Shown: one piece after another, positions 35,201-40,912 of the stretch
How the letters are laid out: every line of letters begins with the position of its first letter
How positions within the stretch are numbered: the first letter of the stretch is position 1
Source of the DNA: Trypethelium eluteriae
Lineage: Eukaryota
Length of the DNA stretch: 40,912 nucleotides
Reading direction: 5' to 3'
Assembly (NCBI GenBank): GCA_051942245.1
Contig: JAVECL010000165.1
Location: forward strand, 1 to 40,912
The notes under the pieces: model-generated
What the model was told of the DNA's origin: nothing
The model's input: the letters and a program-made list of their open reading frames with translations, nothing else
Databases searched by the model: none
Position numbers and translations under genes: made by a program

Positions 35201-37404
35201 CACAATACTCATGGCACTCGGTCCGCTGGGAACAGCCCACGGAAAGCAAGCCAGAACAAAGCCTGGGCTACCGAGCCATGGAATGGCAAGATCAGGAGAA
35301 AGAGTCTCCGAGTCAACTCGGGAAATCAGAAAAAGGCTGCGTTGGCAGCTGCTCCGCCTCTACCTGGACAAGAAAGCGCAATAGGCAAAGCTGATCTGGG
35401 AACGGAGCAGGCCTTGACCGAGGAGACCGAAGAAGGAATAGAGAGAGGTCGTCTCTTTGTCAAGGTAGTGGGAGTCAAAGATTTGGACCTGCCATTGCCT
35501 CGAAGTAAGTCTATTGCCCCCGATCCCTATGCCGCATGATAAATTTACTGAGAATCCAGTAGGCGAGAGAACGCAGTTCCAGCTGACTCTGGACAATGGC
35601 CTCCACTGTGTCACTACCAGCTGGCTTGAACTGGGTCATGCTGCCCCTATTGGTCAAGAGTTCGAGCTTGTCGTTCTCAACGACCTTGAGTTCCAGCTCA
35701 CCCTGCAAACAAAGCTTGAGCCACCTACTACAAGTGCGCCGACTTCACTCGCACCCTCGTCCCCCAGCAAATCTATCAAACCCCAAAAATCGTCTACTTT
35801 TTCTCGTTTTCTCTCCTCTCCCAAAAAGAGGCGTGAGGCAGAGCAACGTGCCGCAGAAGAAGCCGAGGCTGCTCGCAAGCAGGAGATTGAGAACCAGCGA
35901 CGCACAGCGAGCCAAAAAGAACCTTCAGCTTGGGAGCTCCTCCATGATCTTGTCGCTCAAGATGGTTCCTTTGCCCGAGCTTATGTCTCCCTCTCCAACC
36001 ATGTAGGACAATGTTATGGGCGGCCTTTTACGGTTGCTGTCCCATGCTTCAATGAATGGGCATTGGAGACCGATCCAGTGATCACCAGTAGCGTCCGTAG
36101 CAAACAGCGCGGCATGGGCATCGGTGGTGTTGTAAGGAGACCGCCGTACAAGGTTGGCAAATTGGAGCTACAGTTACTGTATGTACCAAGAGTCCGTGGT
36201 ACTAGCGAAGAAGACATGCCCAGGAGTCTCGGAGCTGCTGTAAGGGAGTTGAGGGAGGCAGAACGTGAAGATGGTAGGAAATGGGAGGGATTTTTGAGTC
36301 AACAAGGTGGCGATTGTCCGGTAAGCTCACTGTTCCCCTCAAAGAATCTAATCGTGTAGCGTCGCCTAATCATAACATCAGTTCTGGCGTCGCCGATTTT
36401 TCAAGCTTTCAGCCAGCAAGTTGACTGCATTCCACGAATACACAAACCAACCTCGCGCGACCATCAACCTTGCCAAAGCCGCCTCCCTCATTGACGACAA
36501 GTCTTCCCTCATTCAACCTGTCATTTCGCCTTCTAGTAATATCCCGACGTCATCGCCCTTGAAAGGATCCACGTCGCCGTCCAAATCCAAACGTAGAAAA
36601 TCTGGTTTCGCCGAAGATGAAGATGGCTATATGTTTGTGGAGGAGGGCTTTCGAATTCGTTTTGCTAACGGTGAAGTTATTGACTTCTACGCTGACAATG
36701 CCCAAGACAAGCAAGGCTGGATGCGTGTCCTCTCCGAGATCGTTGGAAAGGGCGAGCAGCAAGTCAACGCAGGTACTGGAGACGTCAAGAAATGGTGTCA
36801 GATCGTGCTTGCAAAAGAGAAGAGCCAAGGTCGGAAAGGAGTGGAAGAGACTCGGCTTGGCAGCGGTGGCAGTGTGAATGACAATGCAGTCAGCGAACAG
36901 AGCCAAGCGCAAGCAAGGACCAATTCCATTCAGAGGAAACAGCTACCACCCAACCCTCCACAGCCAACACCTGCAATGCCGAGTCGGCTGTCCCCTCAAC
37001 CGCAACCCCAGCCACAGCAAATTGGTCCAGCGGGACACTCTCACCCACAAGTACAATCCAACCACGCCCGCACCAAGTCTGTGCCCAATTCGCCCGTCAA
37101 GCAAACACCTCAGCTCCGCCCTCATTCGTCCCTGGACCCTCTCCCAATCCCGCACATGCAGCCTTCATCGTCTACTCGTTCCCACGCCGCCCAACAGGCT
37201 CAGGCTCAGGCCCAAGCAGCGCACTACCAACATCGGGAGCGCGAGAGGGAGCGAGAGCAGATCCGGGCACGGCAGGCAGCGATGCAAGCGGCAAGTCCGA
37301 CAAAGGGGACGCCAGTGAGTGGGAAGGCAACACCCGGGAGGATGAGAGTCGGAGGTAGGTTCGGAGGAGCGAAGAGGGATGGTGTCAGGAGTATGATCTT
37401 CTAA
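32232..37404 (+). CDS. BUD4: Anillin-related septin-ring / bud-site protein Bud4 (about 1590-1650 aa) with C-terminal anillin-homology and PH domains
   Basis: Exons 32232-32246, 32302-32445, 32498-35504 (possible internal intron 34910-35077), 35563-36320 and 36382-37404. Motifs: RSSIENLKKASRVKNS, KSVTFD, ERGRLFVKVVGVKDLDLPLP, TLDNGLHCVTT, IGQEFELVV, DGSFARAYV, PH domain WEGFLSQQGGDCPFWRRRFFKL...FRIRFANGEVIDFYAD. Confidence 0.93.
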
Positions 37405-38088
37405 AAGGGGATATGTCTCATTTGTTCGGCGAAAGGCTTGATAGGAGGGGGAAGAGGGAGATGTGAGGTGACTAAGATCATGCTGACGAACCTGAACACT
37501 CGGAGTCGCAGCGAGTCTGTCGATACCACACCTTTCATTACTCTCTGTATACATGTCAATCAGTCAACTTTCACATTTCTTTTGTATCATGAGGTCGTCA
37601 GTGGTGTTGGCGGCAAGTTAGTCGCTGGAGTAGGGGGATTATGTAATAATGCAGACAAGGAAACGGTTACATTGTATTCAAACGAATCTTGATTTTGTAG
37701 GGATCCGAGAAGCCGTAGAGTGACCAGAAACGTAAGTGTCATTCTCATTGGAATTAGCACTGATTTGAGCATCGCGCGCGTCCGAGAAGTTTCGTACAAC
37801 GATACATAGTGACATGGAGCAAACAATGCTTGGGATAGAGGCGATGATACAGACAAACACGGAAGCCAGCGCATAGCAAACCATGCCAATCATTGTCTAG
37901 CTGACCGGTTTTCGATTTCTGGTATTAAAAGGCTGGCCGTCTACATTATCTCAACCCCTTCATTTCCTGGGTTTCTTTCCTTTGGTAGACATCTCTAGTC
38001 CTTTATCCAAAAACTGCAATCTTCTACCATGCGTATCGTCCCGTAGCTGCATGCGGTCGTTCATCGCATTCTCACTCTGCATCACGAC

Positions 38089-39875
38089 ATGGGCGCTGGA
38101 GCCTCAACCGTTGTCTCCCCTGCCCCTCACCCTCCACAGCAGTCCACCTCCGTAGTCCCCTACGTGGGACGTTCTCACGAACCAAACCGTGAACCCAACT
38201 GCAGCCAGGAGCTCAATCGCCACGGTATGGCCTCACCCCTCGTCTACCAGCCCGTTCCCGCGCCCTCAGGTGGCATCTTAAACCCCTACGACATTGCACC
38301 ATGGTACGCAGCTTACGCGCGGGGGATGTTCCCACGACGGACATTTGGTCCTTGGAGCGGAGCAGGTATGGCGTTCGGAGGCGTAGACTGGGAGTCAGTG
38401 CCGCCCCTGGCAAGAATGATGGTGGATGTGCGGGTGAGAGATGATGAGGACGATGGCAGGGAGAGGGGTAGACGGAGGTCCAGGAAGGAGAGGGGAAGGG
38501 ATGGAGATAGAGGTAGAGGTAGAGATTGGGACAGAGATCGAGCCAGGGGAGACCGGAGACATAGGAGCAGAAGTCGGCATTGGAGTCGTGGACGAAGCAG
38601 AGGCGGATGGTACAGTGGTGACGAAGGGAGAAGTCGAGGACGGTGGTGGAGTCGGAGCCGGGGGAGAGATGGATATGACAGAATGGAAAGGAGGAGGAAG
38701 GGTAGGAGGGGTAGGAGTGAGAACTGGAGGAAGGCAAGGGGCGAAGATGCCTATGAGGAGTTTGACGAAGGTGAATACGATGAGGAACTCGACCAGGATG
38801 ATGAGTTTTATGATGCCGGCATGAGACATGGAAGAGGAGGGTGGGGAGGAGGAAAGAGGCAAATGCTCGCACGAGGAGGTAAGGGAAAGAAGAAGGGAAA
38901 GCAGCTGCCGCCGTGGGCAACAGATCCATTTCTACATGTTGCAGATCCGGTAGCAAGGAACACGTTCCGAAGGATGAGCGAACGCATTGATGGAATGGAT
39001 GGACGGCTCGTCAACTTGGAAGACTACCTTCGAGCTCGGGAGGAGGCCGGGATGGGACCTTCGCGCGAGAATCCACGATTTCCGATGAGGTACGGCGGTC
39101 GCGATTTCGCAGGCGAGGATGAATTTGACTTCGGTGGTAGAGGGACTGGAAGAGCCGGCGGAGTGATGGGCGGAAGAAGACCAGGAATGCCACCCAGGGG
39201 GCCACCACTCGGGCGTGGCAGAGGTCCTCTGAATGAATTTGATGATGGTGGCATGGATATGGGGTTTGGAGATATGGACGGTAAGTGCAGATAAGCTCCA
39301 ATGATACGACAGAAGGGACAATTGACCTAGACGAAGCAACGCAGATGAATACGGCTTCTGATAAATTATATCCATCAGATCGAGTGGGAACGGAAGCACG
39401 AAATCCTAACCAGGACTATCCAGGTGGAGATAACACAGGTGACCCTAGTAAGTATCTCGCGAGGCCTAGTTAGAATTTTGCTGAGGAGTGAAAAGGGCGT
39501 GCAAGTTTTGAGCGTGCTGCAGAAAATACTGGGCCTTGGCCTCCAGAGCAATCTCCTCAAAGACAGTCACCACACCAAGAAAGGCCAGCCTCACCTCGGA
39601 ACTTCAGGCCACGGCCTCCACCGGGGAACGAGCCAGTCCCACCACCTCCACCTCCTCCTGGAGGTTTCAGAGGAGGACCTCCGGGTGATTACGGTGCTCA
39701 ACGACCACAGACGCCCCGACCTCCACCAGGAACAGGGCCGGAAGGGATGAGACAGGATCCAGAGATGAGAGATGATCCCGGGGAAGGGCCTAGTTTCAAT
39801 CCAGATGTGCGAAATATAAGGCAAACTTGGCGTGATGATCTGAGGGGGGAGGATGTTGGGCCGCCACTAGATTAG
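38089..39875 (+). CDS. Hypothetical low-complexity protein (about 562 aa): RS/RD/RG-rich, acidic and Pro-rich segments, 3 exons
   Basis: ORF 38089 is joined by introns 39281-39330 and 39448-39495 (both GTAAGT..AG) to a Pro/Gly-rich last exon (RRASFERAAE...PPPPPPPGGFRGGPPG...GPPLD*) ending at TAG 39873-39875. TATA-like TATTAAAA near 37923. Confidence 0.7.
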
Positions 39876-40912
39876 AGTCAAATGAACAACAGAGAGAGAC
39901 GGCCTTGGAGCTTTTGGCTCCTTGGCATTTGAATAGATCGGCCGGATTTTGACCTTTAACCAGTTGAAGAGTGTCTTGCCATACTTCCGTATCTTTTATA
40001 TAGGCGAGAACATTGGATAGTAGCATCGATGCTCCGAAATTGCTCTACCCTTGGAACAGCGTCGTCCTTGTCAGTCTCAAAGCTGTGGCGGACTGTGGCC
40101 TCTGATCTCTGCTAATGCCAGTCACTACTGTTGGATCTTCGTATTCAGGCGGTGCAAGCGATAGAAGCAGCGTATCAGTCTCAATAGACCGGACTAGATC
40201 CTGTGTCTTGCGGATGATGGCAATCCAGAAAACTCGCTGATCATCACAACCAGATTCATAAGAATCGACGCCATCCCACTCCTCGGGACTACGATAGGAA
40301 CGGTCGTTAGGTAGATTTGCGTAGAAGATAAGTCTTTAATTGCGGCGAGTGACGCGGTGGATCCTTAAGTCGGTTTCTCGAAGCGCAGTTGTATCACTAC
40401 CGGTCGCGGGAAATTGTTTCTCTGTATATGTTTAGCGAGCTGAGCCCAAATGGTTTGCAAAGCACGCTGCATTTCTTTTCCTTTTCGGTTTTCCGTCTCT
40501 TTTTGCAGTTCTGTTGTTTCTTTCCATCTTTCTCATTCCAATCTCGAGCCCTTCGCTGGAACTCAACCCCCAATCTTCACCTACCGTATGAAGCCATCGT
40601 ACCACTATGGCTTGGCTAGAAAGGGAAGATCCGGAACGGAAAGCAGATGGCTGAACAGACCGATGGGAAAAGAAAAATGACGTCTTTCATGTTCCTGCCT
40701 ACACAGGACACCATCGCTGTCCCACCCATCCCAGATTTGCAAAATATCGTTACATAACCCGGTCTTCCCAGGGGCCTCTTCACTTCGGCTGTTCCACGAT
40801 GGTGAAAGTATTCGACTCCCTCCATTTCCCACTCATCCTCTTGCTTCCTCCAGCTCCAACTCCAATTGCCGGATCCTCTCGCTCATCTCCCTCTCCCTCT
40901 CCACTCCTCCGC

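Noticed and set aside
37587..37893. Small minus-strand ORFs, one with a hydrophobic N-terminus (MIGMVCYALASVFVCII...)
   Set aside because: Short, with no homology recognised. It cannot be told from chance without expression data.
40380..40912. Short ORFs and a pyrimidine-rich tract at the right edge
   Set aside because: Probably the promoter/leader of a gene beyond the window. No coding sequence can be supported.

Overview
Eukaryotic, intron-containing genomic DNA from a filamentous ascomycete (Pezizomycotina; a Dothideomycete-like lineage is my impression only). By joining ORF-track fragments across GT..AG introns I reconstruct 15 protein-coding genes: an SLC35F transporter, a Zrt3-like ZIP zinc transporter, an alpha/beta hydrolase, a bacterial-type 4,5-dihydroxyphthalate-decarboxylase-like gene, a phenol 2-monooxygenase/3-hydroxybenzoate hydroxylase-family FAD enzyme, ATG3, an MFS (DHA2-like) transporter, MRH4, a DUF6540-like protein, BUD4 and five hypothetical proteins. 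I recognised no tRNA, rRNA or CRISPR. Four observations stand out. (1) A compact hydrolase + decarboxylase + hydroxylase cluster (17175-22544) suggests a fungal (hydroxy)phthalate-to-protocatechuate route. (2) A 181-bp near-perfect hairpin/MITE sits right after the hydroxylase. (3) An RRM-like domain missed by the ORF track is interrupted by one in-frame TAA (12638-12640), yet keeps a correctly phased intron and final exon. (4) BUD4 contains a 168-nt in-frame, stop-free retained-intron candidate. All family assignments come from motif recognition by eye; no searches were run.
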